Part shown: positions 1 through 10,240 of the stretch, one piece after another | Numbering within the stretch: position 1 is the first letter of the stretch | Layout: each line of letters begins with the position of its first letter | NCBI GenBank assembly: GCA_965197645.1 | Contig: OZ240219.1 | Span: 2,272,001-2,336,000 of the forward strand | DNA length: 64,000 nt | Reading direction: 5' to 3' | DNA from: Dehalococcoidia bacterium | Lineage (GTDB): Bacteria; Chloroflexota; Dehalococcoidia; Plut-88900 | The notes under the pieces: generated by a model | Databases searched by the model: none | What the model was told of the DNA's origin: nothing | Seen by the model: the letters and a program-made list of their open reading frames with translations, nothing else | Translations under genes and position numbers: made by a program

Positions 1-122
1 TCCCATTTGCTGCGTACTCTTTCAGTTACTGCTCTGCGAATCGTAGAGTTCCGGTCGGCGAAACTGTCTAAAGTCGGCGGGCGCCTCTGATATGCCGGGG
101 AGGCCCGCTCAGTTCAACTGCC

Positions 123-2042
123 TTAGTTACCTCTGCCTGGTGCGTCTTCCGCCAGCCAGGCCCACGTGAAGGCGAAACCTGAGTTGGGGACCAGGGTGCC
201 CTTCTGGGCGCCCACGTTCTTGAGCCATGGCGGATAGATGTTCTGTGCCAGGAAGTTGGGCACCATCCACTCGTACTGCTTCTCCGCCAGGTAGCTCTGG
301 ATGTTGTGGAGGATCTCGAGGCGGGTATCGAAGTCCTGCTCCACCCGCTGGGCATCGATCATCTCCGTCAGCACCGGATCGTTGATTCCGCCCCGGTTGT
401 CGTCACCGTCGGGGTGATAGTTACGGTAGAAGAAGCCATCCGGGTCCAGCTCCGCGTGGCCGTAGGAGTACTGGATACAGCACCACTCGAAGGGTGGGAC
501 CACTATGCTGGTGTTCCACTCGGTGTAGTCTAGTACGACGATCTCCGTCTCAATGTCTATGTCTGCCAGCCAGGCCTTGATAAGCTCGGTAATGCCGGCA
601 AAGTAGTCGGCCAGGTTGTGAGTGTAGATGGTCCCACCGTCGATCTTATCGTCAGGCCCGAGACCCATCTCCGCCTTGACCTCGGCGACCAGGGCCCTGG
701 CGCCCTCGATGTCACGGATGGGGTTACCCGCCGCGTCCCTCGGGTAGTTTGCCATACCCAGGTCGGTCAACTCGTCCCAGGGAAGGAACCAGGGGGCATC
801 GGCGTTCATCTCTCTGGCCTCTACCACCCCCCAGGTGCCGGCCCATGGGGTGAATGTACGGTCGACAACCCGGGACACGGCCTGGCGCAGCTTCTCGTTG
901 TTGAAGGGAGGCCGGTCTATCTTGGACTGTATCCTCCACCCGGGGAACGCGCCGTCGCTGAAGCTTCGGAAATCCAGGACTAGCTCGGGGTCGGTGGATT
1001 TCAGAGACTCGTAAACGTCGTTGTCACCGGACCACCAGCCCCAGTAGTAGAAGGCCGGGCCGACGTCTATGTCGTGGCCACGGTACATGGCCAGCTTGGT
1101 GGCGTCGTCGGTTACGAACAGCGCCTCCACCCGGTCGATGTAGGGCAACTCTTCTCCGGTGATGCCATCGGCGCCGCGGAAGTAGTTCGGGTTCCGCACG
1201 AATACTTGCTTCACTCCCGGCTCATGCTCCAGGAGCATCCAGGGGCCCGCTCCTATGCTGGATTCCGGTGAGTCGAAGCCACCGAACTCCTCCAACACCT
1301 CGGGAGCGTAGATCGGGAAGTAGGAGTTGGCCGTGTGGGGCAGGAATCCCGGGAAGGTACTGCTCAGTGTGAAGACCACCGTGTCCTCGTCGATGGCCTC
1401 AACGCTCGCCAGGGGCCCGAGGCTGCCTTTGATTTGGCTGGATTCCAATACCCGGCTGTAGGAAAAGGCAACGTCGTGGGCGGTCACTTCCCGGCCGTTT
1501 AGTGGAGGCCGGTCCTCCCACTCGACGCCATCCCGTATGTGGAAGGTGTAGACGGTGCCGTCATCGCTCACCTCCCAGGACTCGGCCAGGTAGGGGTATA
1601 CGGTGTAGTCCGTTGTGTCTCGCCAGTCGCAGTAGTCGACCTGCGTAAGCGTCAGGTGGGTGAAGCTCTGGGTGGCACCGGCTCCGTAAGGGTCCAGGGC
1701 GCCCATGGCATCGTAGCTGGCGGGCTCGTAGGCGGTGACACGCAATGTGCCCCCATGGGAAGCAGTTTCACCCTCTACGATGCACTGGGGCATCTCACCC
1801 ACAGCAGCCATCGCCTGTGAGGGAGCCTCCTCCATGGGTTCATCCTCCATGGCAGTAGGCGTCGACTCCATCGCTTCCGGCTCATCGGTAGCCTCCGGCA
1901 TCGCAGGAGTCTCTTCCATCATCGCCTCAGGCGTAGATGGGGCGGGCGTAGGAGTAGCCGCCTCGCCGCAGGCAGCGGCGACAACGGCAACAATCACCAC
2001 GAGACCTACTATCAACAACGGAATCTTCTTGTACTTTGGCAT
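123..2042 (-). CDS. ABC transporter substrate-binding lipoprotein, family 5 (DppA/OppA-like)
   Basis: Lipobox VAAACG, acidic Pro/Glu/Met linker, LAESWEVSDDGTVYTFHIRDGV family-5 signature, GAGPW. Confidence 0.93.
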   Translation of the reverse strand: MPKYKKIPLLIVGLVVIVAVVAAACGEAATPTPAPSTPEAMMEETPAMPEATDEPEAMESTPTAMEDEPMEEAPSQAMAAVGEMPQCIVEGETASHGGTLRVTAYEPASYDAMGALDPYGAGATQSFTHLTLTQVDYCDWRDTTDYTVYPYLAESWEVSDDGTVYTFHIRDGVEWEDRPPLNGREVTAHDVAFSYSRVLESSQIKGSLGPLASVEAIDEDTVVFTLSSTFPGFLPHTANSYFPIYAPEVLEEFGGFDSPESSIGAGPWMLLEHEPGVKQVFVRNPNYFRGADGITGEELPYIDRVEALFVTDDATKLAMYRGHDIDVGPAFYYWGWWSGDNDVYESLKSTDPELVLDFRSFSDGAFPGWRIQSKIDRPPFNNEKLRQAVSRVVDRTFTPWAGTWGVVEAREMNADAPWFLPWDELTDLGMANYPRDAAGNPIRDIEGARALVAEVKAEMGLGPDDKIDGGTIYTHNLADYFAGITELIKAWLADIDIETEIVVLDYTEWNTSIVVPPFEWCCIQYSYGHAELDPDGFFYRNYHPDGDDNRGGINDPVLTEMIDAQRVEQDFDTRLEILHNIQSYLAEKQYEWMVPNFLAQNIYPPWLKNVGAQKGTLVPNSGFAFTWAWLAEDAPGRGN

Positions 2043-2125
2043 CAGTGCCCCTTCTCAGAAATTAGCGATTGTAGAGGGAGGATAGATGGGAAGTTTTGCT
2101 AGCCGCCCCTAGCGAGATAGCGGGT

Positions 2126-2154
2126 AGTATAGGCTCCGGTGTATTATCTGTCAA
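2126..2154 (-). promoter_or_regulatory. Sigma70-type promoter for the SBP gene at 123-2042
   Basis: Minus strand TTGACA-17 nt-TATACT about 85 nt upstream of the start. Confidence 0.75.
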
Positions 2155-2324
2155 CGCTGGCGTCGGGTGACCGGGGCATGAGACAGCGAGGGTATTCTTC
2201 GGTATCGCTGGCCCCCCCTACGGCTATCAAATGACGGGCACCGTTCACAGTGACAGGGTTTTCCCAAGGGGCGCTGGATCACTCGGCTCCACCAACAAAC
2301 GAGGGGGTAAGGTGATCTACGTGT

Positions 2325-2353
2325 TTGACCGCGTTTTCGAGGGTCTGTACAAT
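2325..2353 (+). promoter_or_regulatory. Sigma70-type promoter for the amidohydrolase at 2445
   Basis: TTGACC-17 nt-TACAAT. Confidence 0.65.
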
Positions 2354-2444
2354 CAGCATCGTTAAGGAAACGAGCTCTTTGGCCGCCCGCAGCTTAACAC
2401 GGGAAATGTCAGTCAACTGATCGGCAATCACTGTAGGAGGCGCC

Positions 2445-3587
2445 ATGACAAACTACAAGGTGATTTCAGCAGACTCCCACGCGGAGGAGCCCCAGTCGCT
2501 CTACGAAAGGCTGCCCGCCGAGTATCGAGCCCGGGCGCCTCATAACGAGCGCATCGATGGCCGCAACTACCTGGTCGTCGAAGGCCGACCTCCCATCACC
2601 CTCGATCCGCCCAACGAGCTGATGGAAGAGGACCACCGGAAAGACGTCGCCATGCGGCTGAAGGTGTTCGATCAGACCGTAACCGACAGAAACCTGGGAA
2701 TCGACATCGAAGCCCGCCTGTCGGACATCGCCGAGGATGGGGTCAGCGCCGAGGTGGTCTACCCCAACGGCATCTTCTACCCGGCGGGGTCGCCCGACCC
2801 CAAGTTTCAAATGATGCTGGGCAGCCTGTACAACGATTTCTTCGCAGAGGTGTTTGGAGACCGACCGGAGACCTTCGTCGTATCGGCCGTTGTCCCGGTG
2901 ATCGACATTCCCGCCGCAGTGGACGAGGTGAAGAGGGTGGCAGGCATGGGATACCGGTCCCTATCGGTACCCACCAGTGTGACCAACCTACCCTACAACC
3001 AGCCCGACTACGGCCCGCTCTGGGCGGCCATAGACGACGCCCGAATAGCGTTGAGCTTTCACGTTTTCACCCCTGCCGGTCCCGTGGAGGAAACCGAACA
3101 GGGCCCCTCCCAGGTGCAGTACAACGCTGAACAGGGCGAGGACCTGTTCGGCATGGTGCTGGGCATGGCGGAGGCGATGAGCCCGCTCAGCATGCTGACG
3201 GCGGCCGGAGTGCTGGACCGGCACCCGGACCTGAACTTCGTGCTGGTGGAGTCTGGGACCGGGTGGTTGGCGTGGATCCTCTACGCCATGGACGATGTGG
3301 TGAAACGGCGCCACATGTGGCAACGACCCAAGCTCAGCATGTTGCCCAGCGAGTACTTCAAACGGCAGGGGTACATCACCTTCGGCGACGATCCCGTCGG
3401 CCTGTTGACACGGGAGCTGACCGGTGTGAACGGGATTATGTGGGGCAGCGATTATCCCCACGAAGAAGGGACCTTCCCCAACTCTCGCGAGGTGATTGAC
3501 CAGATCTTCCGGGACCTGCCCGAAGAGGATACCCGGAAGATAGTGGGAGAGAACGCGGCGCGCCTCTACGGCTTCGACCTGAACTAG
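2445..3587 (+). CDS. Amidohydrolase family protein (Amidohydro_2)
   Basis: ISADSH near N-terminus, LSFH, WGSDYPH, GENAARLY; SD AGGAGG. Confidence 0.92.
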   Translation: MTNYKVISADSHAEEPQSLYERLPAEYRARAPHNERIDGRNYLVVEGRPPITLDPPNELMEEDHRKDVAMRLKVFDQTVTDRNLGIDIEARLSDIAEDGVSAEVVYPNGIFYPAGSPDPKFQMMLGSLYNDFFAEVFGDRPETFVVSAVVPVIDIPAAVDEVKRVAGMGYRSLSVPTSVTNLPYNQPDYGPLWAAIDDARIALSFHVFTPAGPVEETEQGPSQVQYNAEQGEDLFGMVLGMAEAMSPLSMLTAAGVLDRHPDLNFVLVESGTGWLAWILYAMDDVVKRRHMWQRPKLSMLPSEYFKRQGYITFGDDPVGLLTRELTGVNGIMWGSDYPHEEGTFPNSREVIDQIFRDLPEEDTRKIVGENAARLYGFDLN

Positions 3588-3592
3588 CCCGC

Positions 3593-3620
3593 TTCTGAGG
3601 GACACCCTCAGGCTCCCGGC
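3593..3620. repeat. Short palindromic repeat unit, inverted copy of 23605-23632
   Basis: Reverse complement gccgggagcctgagggtgtccctcagaa matches 23605-23632 at 26/28 nt. Confidence 0.75.
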
Positions 3621-3736
3621 AAAGGGGCTATGTAGGGTTCTGTCAGCCACTCCACGAGCTATCGGGACGACGATACGTTCGTTACTGATGGAGTACACGG
3701 TTAATCGCGTGCGGTGTACGGGGGAGGAGGCATGAG

Positions 3737-5662
3737 ATGTTGAGGATGATTCCCGGCCCAACGCAAAGAGGAATAGCCTCCGGCCTGTTTACCCTTGCTC
3801 TTGGCCTCGCCCTGATTGCCGCCGCCTGCGGGGAACCCACTAGCGGCCCGGACACGCCCACACCCTCGTCCGCTGGACAGCAGGAGAGCGTTCCCGACGA
3901 GTCCATGCCCCCGTACATTGACGAACCGGAGGAGGTTTCGGACATGCCGGCTGCCTCGGTCACGCCGGGTGTGGAAGACTTTGCCTCGGATAAGTCAGAG
4001 AGCGGTGATGATGACTCCGCCGTACTGATTATGAGTGACTTGATCGAGTTCCACGGCGCCGGCACAGCTTCATTGGATGACCGGATATACGAATCCCATG
4101 GAATCGTTCGGGCGTGCCTCCTCTCCGCTGCCGACGGCGTGCTGTGGTTCAGGGCCATCGAGTACCTCAGAGGGTCGGGGACCGATGAGTTCATAGTCTG
4201 GGCTTCCACCGATAGACGGAACAAGGAGTGGGACGGCAGGGAAGCGGTACTCTTCCTGAGGTATTGGTGGGGTGACACCACAACCCAGACGTCTGGGAGC
4301 CGTGTGTCGGAGTTCGTGTTCACGGATACCGAGTCTCCCTACGTTCCCTACACGGGAAAGCTTCCGGAGGGCTACACGATAGACACCCGGAACCCGGTGT
4401 GGCTTCCTGCGGCATCGGAATCGGGTACCACAACGAGTGGCACGGACGGGGCCTCAGGCCCCGATCCAGAGTTTATTACCGATTTGCATTCACCCACGGG
4501 CGCTCCCTATCCCATCGTATCCCTGGCGGAGCTGCGGGCCAAGATAGCTTGGGTCAAGGGGGGAGAAGGGATCGAAGGGTATGACTCGTGCCTTCGTTAT
4601 AGCCTGGGCTATCTGGCGTATTATCGAGACTGGGAAACGTACCATGGAAGTGAGTGGGAGCCGTATCAATCCGAGAGACAAGTGGCCTCGGGGGCAGAAG
4701 AAGGGACCGTCATATCCGATTACGGGCTTTTTCGAGGCGAAAGAGGATACGGTACGTTCACACTTACCGACCCGGACTCCTCAGGGTCCAGAGATGCACG
4801 TTTCTTCAGTTCGCTGGTCGTCGACAACGACGAAGTAGCGTCCAACGGGTACAGCCGAGTTCTCGCGACTGCTCGGCCCCTGCCCAGCGGCACGTACAGG
4901 TTTTTGAGTCATGTGCGAAGGTACGAATACATACCATGTGAGTTCTTTCCTGTAAACAATAGGCTGAAATGGACCATAACGGTGACCTCGCCTCCAGGCA
5001 CGGTCCACGAGGCCTTCTTCGACCCAGTGGCCCTGACACCCGGCGTGGGGTTCTCGGCCACCTCGGGCGTCCTGGACCTCGCCGCCTTCTCCATTGGCGG
5101 GACATCCACCTCCATCAAGGGACTCAAGTGGGCAACCAATGCCGTCGTCATGACCCTCTCCCCCTACGTGTCCCTATCGGGTCAGACCGTTGATTTCATC
5201 GAGTTGGATGGTTCTGTGGGCCTGTCCCTGGCCGCTTCGTCGGCGACGGCGAACAGCACAGCCGGGACGCTGACGTGGACGGTGACAGAGCAGCCGTGGG
5301 AGGATGGAGATCAGTTGATGCTGCGCATAGGCGCCCCTCCACCGGCGATATCCTTGAGTGACCTGGCAAGCTCGGTGGACGAAGGAGCGACCGATTCCTT
5401 CACCGTCAGTGTCTCCAACCTGCCGTCCACGGTCCAATACAGCATCGGTGTGGCGACGTACAATGCCTCCGTCGGCTTCAACAACGACTGCACGACCCTG
5501 TATGAGGACGTGACCATACCCCTGGGCAACACCTCCCACACCGCCTCCTTTACCCTGCACGGTTGCACGACGCCGGGCGGCACAGTGACAGCGATGCTGC
5601 TGCACGAAGGCGCAGCGGTAATCTGGGACATCTCGGAGGTAGCCGTGACGGTGGCGCCGTGA
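3737..5662 (+). CDS. Hypothetical modular surface lipoprotein with beta-rich C-terminal domains
   Basis: 641 aa ORF, SD GGAGGAGG, lipobox LIAAACG, Ser/Thr/Val-rich C-terminal half. Confidence 0.75.
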   Translation: MLRMIPGPTQRGIASGLFTLALGLALIAAACGEPTSGPDTPTPSSAGQQESVPDESMPPYIDEPEEVSDMPAASVTPGVEDFASDKSESGDDDSAVLIMSDLIEFHGAGTASLDDRIYESHGIVRACLLSAADGVLWFRAIEYLRGSGTDEFIVWASTDRRNKEWDGREAVLFLRYWWGDTTTQTSGSRVSEFVFTDTESPYVPYTGKLPEGYTIDTRNPVWLPAASESGTTTSGTDGASGPDPEFITDLHSPTGAPYPIVSLAELRAKIAWVKGGEGIEGYDSCLRYSLGYLAYYRDWETYHGSEWEPYQSERQVASGAEEGTVISDYGLFRGERGYGTFTLTDPDSSGSRDARFFSSLVVDNDEVASNGYSRVLATARPLPSGTYRFLSHVRRYEYIPCEFFPVNNRLKWTITVTSPPGTVHEAFFDPVALTPGVGFSATSGVLDLAAFSIGGTSTSIKGLKWATNAVVMTLSPYVSLSGQTVDFIELDGSVGLSLAASSATANSTAGTLTWTVTEQPWEDGDQLMLRIGAPPPAISLSDLASSVDEGATDSFTVSVSNLPSTVQYSIGVATYNASVGFNNDCTTLYEDVTIPLGNTSHTASFTLHGCTTPGGTVTAMLLHEGAAVIWDISEVAVTVAP

Positions 5663-5674
5663 AGATGCACAACC

Positions 5675-5770
5675 CACCCGCGAAGTTTATCATGTTGCCC
5701 CAGGACGGATTGGGCGCCGGGAGACCGTAGCTAGAAAACTCCACAGCCCGTCCCCGGTTATCAGTAACCC
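5675..5770 (-). pseudogene. Decayed fragment of a DppC/OppC-type permease gene
   Basis: Reads ..LITGDGLWSFL / YGLPAPNPSWGNMIN.. across a 1-nt frameshift, resembling the C-terminal SFLG-x-G-xx-P-x-PSWG-x-M motif. Confidence 0.55.
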
Positions 5771-5788
5771 GCCACGTACCCTGGCGGC

Positions 5789-8044
5789 CTAAGCTGTCGG
5801 GCCGTCGGAGCTGAACCGATCGAGGACGTTCTTCGTTATGCGGGACACGTTGTTGTCATAGTTATTGTGGGAAAGGCTCCCGCACCAGGCGATTGAACCC
5901 ACCGAGAACACACCTCCACCGCTCGGCCCCTCGAAGTACACCAGGTCCGATCTAACCAGCGGGTTCTTACTCCCCCCTCGGTTTCTTTCGAACCGCCATT
6001 CATCGCCCGCCTTAGCTTCGAAGATAAGCGGGTACTCATCGGAAAAACCGGTAGCCCTTGCCAGGACCAGGGCGTGGGGCGGTGTGCCCAAGTCATAGCC
6101 CGCCCGGTCTATCTCAACGCCTCCGGCGCCCCCTTGCTTCAGACCGAAGTTACCGATGACCTCGTCCTTGCCGATGCCTTCGAAGATGAAGGCTGCCCGG
6201 GGGTCGTAGCTGTCCTCCAACCGGTGATACGGCAAGCTGTAATCGAACCCCTCGCCCGTAGACGAGCCTACGCCTATCAGGCGTCCCGAAGGCCGGCCCC
6301 TGGGATTCCAATTCATCCCCGGCTCGCCGGTGAAGCTATGGTGATGCTCTCCAGCCTCGCTCCACGCCCATGCCACCTCCCGCCGCATCTCGATGCAGTG
6401 GGTGCTGTCGGGAGGGAACGAGACCACGGAGAAAAAGCCGTTGCCCCCCAGGTACATGAGACTTCCGTCTCCGGCCAGGTACGTCTCCATCGCATCGAGC
6501 CCCTGCCGCGACCAGTATTCGGGATGGCTTCCCGTCACGACCACGTTATAGGGCTTGAACACCTCGACACCCTCGTGCTGGACGTCTTCGTCGGTGGCGA
6601 CGTCGTAGTCGTAGCCTAGCTCATCCAACCAGTCTACTAGGTGCAAGTCCGCGTTGAACTGCCACGGCCCTCCTCGGCCCAAGCGCTGGTACAGGTTGTA
6701 GTACTTGGGACGCATGGTTAGGTTGGGTCGTAGGCGGGAGGTGTACAAGACTGGAGAGCCGTCGGTATGCTTGTCGTAGGTGCTGTTCAGGTGATTTTCA
6801 TCTATGTACTTGTCCTGCGGCGTGGTGGGCACAAACGCAACGTGTCCGGAATACTCGGTTCTGGGGAACGCATGGTTATTGGCATAGGTGTAGTAGCTGT
6901 TTGTGGGCACCAGAAAGAGGATCTTAGATGAAGGGGCGCCTTGTCCCGGGCGTACGAAGAACGGGACGTAGTCCTCGGAGTCGCCCTCGGTGAGACGGGC
7001 GGCGTAGACCCCGCTTTTGAGGTCTGCCGGCGTCTGGAACTCGAAGCTGACATCCCAACGAGCGTCATCCAGGTCATCGTCGTGGAAGTGAATTGCCGCG
7101 TACTCCTGGGGCGCCAGGTTGAAATTGAGATTGTTGGCGGACCAGTTGTGGCCCGTTATCGATCTGGTGGGCCGGTTGACTGTGTGGCCGTGGAGGCCGT
7201 TGTTGGAGCTATCGGTGATCCTGTTCGAGGAGAAGTCCCTGCCGAAGTCCCAGGCCGCAATTAGACCATCTCCCAGCTCCGAGGGCGAAGCGCCGTCCCG
7301 CAGCGACTCAAGCTCTGACAGGCTCAGGCCGCGCCCGAAGACTGCCGGCCCATCGATTCTGCCGTTGTACAGGCCGGCGATACTGGGCTCTGCAGACTCC
7401 TCACCCTCACAGTAGCCGGCCATGATGAGCGGCATGCTGTTGTCTGCGATCTCCAACCGCCCGATGTCTCTCTCTACTACCGCCGCGCTGTCATCCATCG
7501 GCCACATGGTCTTGGGTTGCTGGTACAGCACCACCCTTCCGGCGGAAGCGTCGTAGGACGCGGCAACAAAGTACCAGGAAGGAGCGTGCAGGTCCGGTGC
7601 GCGGAGGGCCACACCGGTAGAAATGCGCTCCGCCCGTCCATCGCTGCTGCCGATCCATAGAGTCAGACCATTGTCGCCATCCAGGACCAGCCCATAGCCC
7701 GTGCCATCGGAGTCCGACCACTTGGTGAGCAGGCCCTGCGAGCTCTTGGATGGTGTCGTGGAGGAGACCCACGCCGACAGCGTGAAACTCTCCTTCAGCC
7801 GCAGCAGAGGGTTGTCAGGCACAACTGCATAGGAACCCGCCACCAGTTCCTGGGATTGTCCCGATAACGTTCCGACGTTCTGGACCAGCTTTTCCTTGAA
7901 ACCCGGCCCTTCCGGGTTGACGTCTCCGTGAATCAACCGGACGATGTCGGCGTTGTAGCTGGGTAGCTCACAGCTGACCATGAACCGGATCGTATCCCCT
8001 GCGCGTACACTGTAACGATCGGAGTAGCCTACTATATCCATCAC
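5789..8044 (-). CDS. N,N-dimethylformamidase large (beta) subunit family protein with LamG-like insert
   Basis: GYSDRYSVRAGDTIRFMVS start, AIHFHDDDLDDARW, PTNSYYTYAN, GSHPEYWS, LMYLGGNGF, VFSVGSIAW, NNVSRITKNVL. Confidence 0.85.
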   Translation of the reverse strand: MMDIVGYSDRYSVRAGDTIRFMVSCELPSYNADIVRLIHGDVNPEGPGFKEKLVQNVGTLSGQSQELVAGSYAVVPDNPLLRLKESFTLSAWVSSTTPSKSSQGLLTKWSDSDGTGYGLVLDGDNGLTLWIGSSDGRAERISTGVALRAPDLHAPSWYFVAASYDASAGRVVLYQQPKTMWPMDDSAAVVERDIGRLEIADNSMPLIMAGYCEGEESAEPSIAGLYNGRIDGPAVFGRGLSLSELESLRDGASPSELGDGLIAAWDFGRDFSSNRITDSSNNGLHGHTVNRPTRSITGHNWSANNLNFNLAPQEYAAIHFHDDDLDDARWDVSFEFQTPADLKSGVYAARLTEGDSEDYVPFFVRPGQGAPSSKILFLVPTNSYYTYANNHAFPRTEYSGHVAFVPTTPQDKYIDENHLNSTYDKHTDGSPVLYTSRLRPNLTMRPKYYNLYQRLGRGGPWQFNADLHLVDWLDELGYDYDVATDEDVQHEGVEVFKPYNVVVTGSHPEYWSRQGLDAMETYLAGDGSLMYLGGNGFFSVVSFPPDSTHCIEMRREVAWAWSEAGEHHHSFTGEPGMNWNPRGRPSGRLIGVGSSTGEGFDYSLPYHRLEDSYDPRAAFIFEGIGKDEVIGNFGLKQGGAGGVEIDRAGYDLGTPPHALVLARATGFSDEYPLIFEAKAGDEWRFERNRGGSKNPLVRSDLVYFEGPSGGGVFSVGSIAWCGSLSHNNYDNNVSRITKNVLDRFSSDGPTA

Positions 8045-8090
8045 GTCCCCCTCTGTTCCTAGATTCTTGCGGACAAGACTCGAGCCGAAT

Positions 8091-8144
8091 GTAGGCGGAT
8101 ACGCCTCAACCCACCTAGGGTCGTTGCAGGCGGCGTATCCCTAC
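8091..8144. repeat. GTAG/CTAC-bounded REP-like imperfect palindrome
   Basis: gtagg-cggatacgcc...ggcgtatcc-ctac in intergenic space. Confidence 0.4.
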
Positions 8145-8364
8145 CGGGTGGGCAGGAAGGAAGGGCCCTCTCGATGATGGAACGCCGAGTATCCTTGCCG
8201 GGCGTAGCCGATTAGCGATCACGCTCACCATACCGGTTACCCACCTCCGCACCGTCACCTGGCGTGGCGGCCGCCTACACTAGCAGCCTGCTAAAGCTCG
8301 CACCACCAGATGGTGTAGATGCTGAGCTAAATCCGCCGGTCCTTACTCCGTCGCAACCCGCACG

Positions 8365-10023
8365 CTATTTAGTAGCGCTAATCTGCCTGATGGACTGCCA
8401 TAGCGGAACGCCCCATCCCTCCACGTTCGTGACCTCGACATTCTGGACCAGGTCGGACCTGTACGCGACGTAGTTGTTACGGGTAACCAGGGGCAGCCAA
8501 TACGCCTCGGTTGCCAGGTGCTCCTCCAGCTCCCGGATGATCTCCTTGCGAAGGGCTGGGTCGGTCTCCTGATAACCCCGGTCGAAGATGCCCTCGAATT
8601 CCGTTGTGTCAACCCCAACCACGTGCGGAGAGGTAGTGATGTCGCCTAGGATCTGCTGCGGGTCGCCATATCCTGCTACCCACGAGATCATCAACTCGTG
8701 AATGCCCTCTGTCCAGATCTCGTTGCCCCATACAGAAGCCTCTAGATTGTTTAGCTGAACTTCGACACCTATCTCGCTCAGCTGTTGCTTCATTACTTCG
8801 CCGAGGCTCACTGTCATGGGAATACCGTCCGTTACCCATACTCTGAGTGTCAGCCCGTCTTGGTATCCCGCGTCAGCTAGCAGCTGTTTAGCTCTCTCGA
8901 CGTCTCGCTGGTAGTAGGGGAGATCGGACAATGGAGTAGCCCACTGGGTAAAGCCGCCGGGAACCGGTCCCGAGGTACTGCCATGGCCGAAGAGAGCCAA
9001 CTGCACCATTGCCTCACGGTCGATGCCAAGGCTAATGGCTTGCCGGACCCGGATGTCACTCAGCTCAGGCAGAGCGCCATTGGCCTCCAACTGATAATAG
9101 TTTACCGTCTCCTGGTTAATGGTCTCAATGTTGTCGTCGTCGGCCACTACGTCCAGCATCGCCGGGTTCTCGAAAAAGGTCAATTGAATTTCCCCAGTGC
9201 GCAACGCGGCCACGCGCGAAGAGTCATCCGGCATGATGCGCCACTCGATCTCGTCCAGGAGGGGGAGCCCCTCCTGCCAGTAATCGTCGAACCTCGTTAA
9301 GATCCAACGGTGGCCCTCCTGGTGTTCCTCCACCTGGAAAGGCCCGGTGCCGACAAGGTCCTGGGCCAGGTCCAAAGTGCCATCCCGCACCTCGGCGCCA
9401 GGGATGATAGCGGCGTTGATGCCGGCGATGGCGGACAGGAATGGGGCGAAAGGCTGAATGAGGGTGATGGTGACCTCATAAGGTCCAGTAGCCACGGCAT
9501 CCTTCACCGGCCACATAATACTTGTCCCCCACCATGCTCCGATCTCAGGGTCCACCAGTCGATTGATGCTGAATGCTACGTCGTCTGCCACCATCTCACG
9601 CCCGTTGTGGAACTTGACGCCTTCGCGAAGCTTGAAAACGTAGGTCGTGTCGTCTGGAGTAGTCCACGACTCAGCCAGGCCGGGGATGGCTTGGAGGTCG
9701 TCGTCCAGGAAGACGAGGCTCTCGTATACATTGGCAAAGAGCTCCCAGCAGAGCTGCCATGAACAGGTGTGAGCGTCGTTCTCGATCACCTCATATGCTT
9801 TCCCGATGACCAGCTTGCCTCCCGATGCAGGCTCGATTACCTCCGGCTCCATTGCTTCGGGCTCTGGGGTAGCGGTGGCAGTCGTAGTCGCCTCTTCTTC
9901 GGGTGGAGGTACTTCAGTTGCCGGTGTGGGAGCCGCAGACTCACCACAGGCTGCGATGATCAACAGGGCGATCATGCCCAGCGCCAGCACGGCCGATAGC
10001 TTCTTGTTTCTGAGGATTTTCAT
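8365..10023 (-). CDS. ABC transporter substrate-binding lipoprotein, family 5
   Basis: Probable start MKILRNKK (10023), lipobox IIAACG, PGLAESW..FKLREGVKFHNG, GTGPF. Confidence 0.93.
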   Translation of the reverse strand: MKILRNKKLSAVLALGMIALLIIAACGESAAPTPATEVPPPEEEATTTATATPEPEAMEPEVIEPASGGKLVIGKAYEVIENDAHTCSWQLCWELFANVYESLVFLDDDLQAIPGLAESWTTPDDTTYVFKLREGVKFHNGREMVADDVAFSINRLVDPEIGAWWGTSIMWPVKDAVATGPYEVTITLIQPFAPFLSAIAGINAAIIPGAEVRDGTLDLAQDLVGTGPFQVEEHQEGHRWILTRFDDYWQEGLPLLDEIEWRIMPDDSSRVAALRTGEIQLTFFENPAMLDVVADDDNIETINQETVNYYQLEANGALPELSDIRVRQAISLGIDREAMVQLALFGHGSTSGPVPGGFTQWATPLSDLPYYQRDVERAKQLLADAGYQDGLTLRVWVTDGIPMTVSLGEVMKQQLSEIGVEVQLNNLEASVWGNEIWTEGIHELMISWVAGYGDPQQILGDITTSPHVVGVDTTEFEGIFDRGYQETDPALRKEIIRELEEHLATEAYWLPLVTRNNYVAYRSDLVQNVEVTNVEGWGVPLWQSIRQISATK

Positions 10024-10240
10024 AACGCCCCCAATTCCTTTGTTGCCTACGAGACGGCTAAGTTGATCTATAACCCACTTTGTGGCTGGCCCCTCGAGTA
10101 GCTTCACGGTGAAATCTGATGATCCACCTGAGAGAAGAGAACCTAGCTGATTTGCCCCTACTTGTCAAACTATTGCCTGCTCCTCCCCCACGTACCGCGT
10201 ACAGCTACGCTAGATCACCGGCCGGCGTTTCGGGCGTTGA

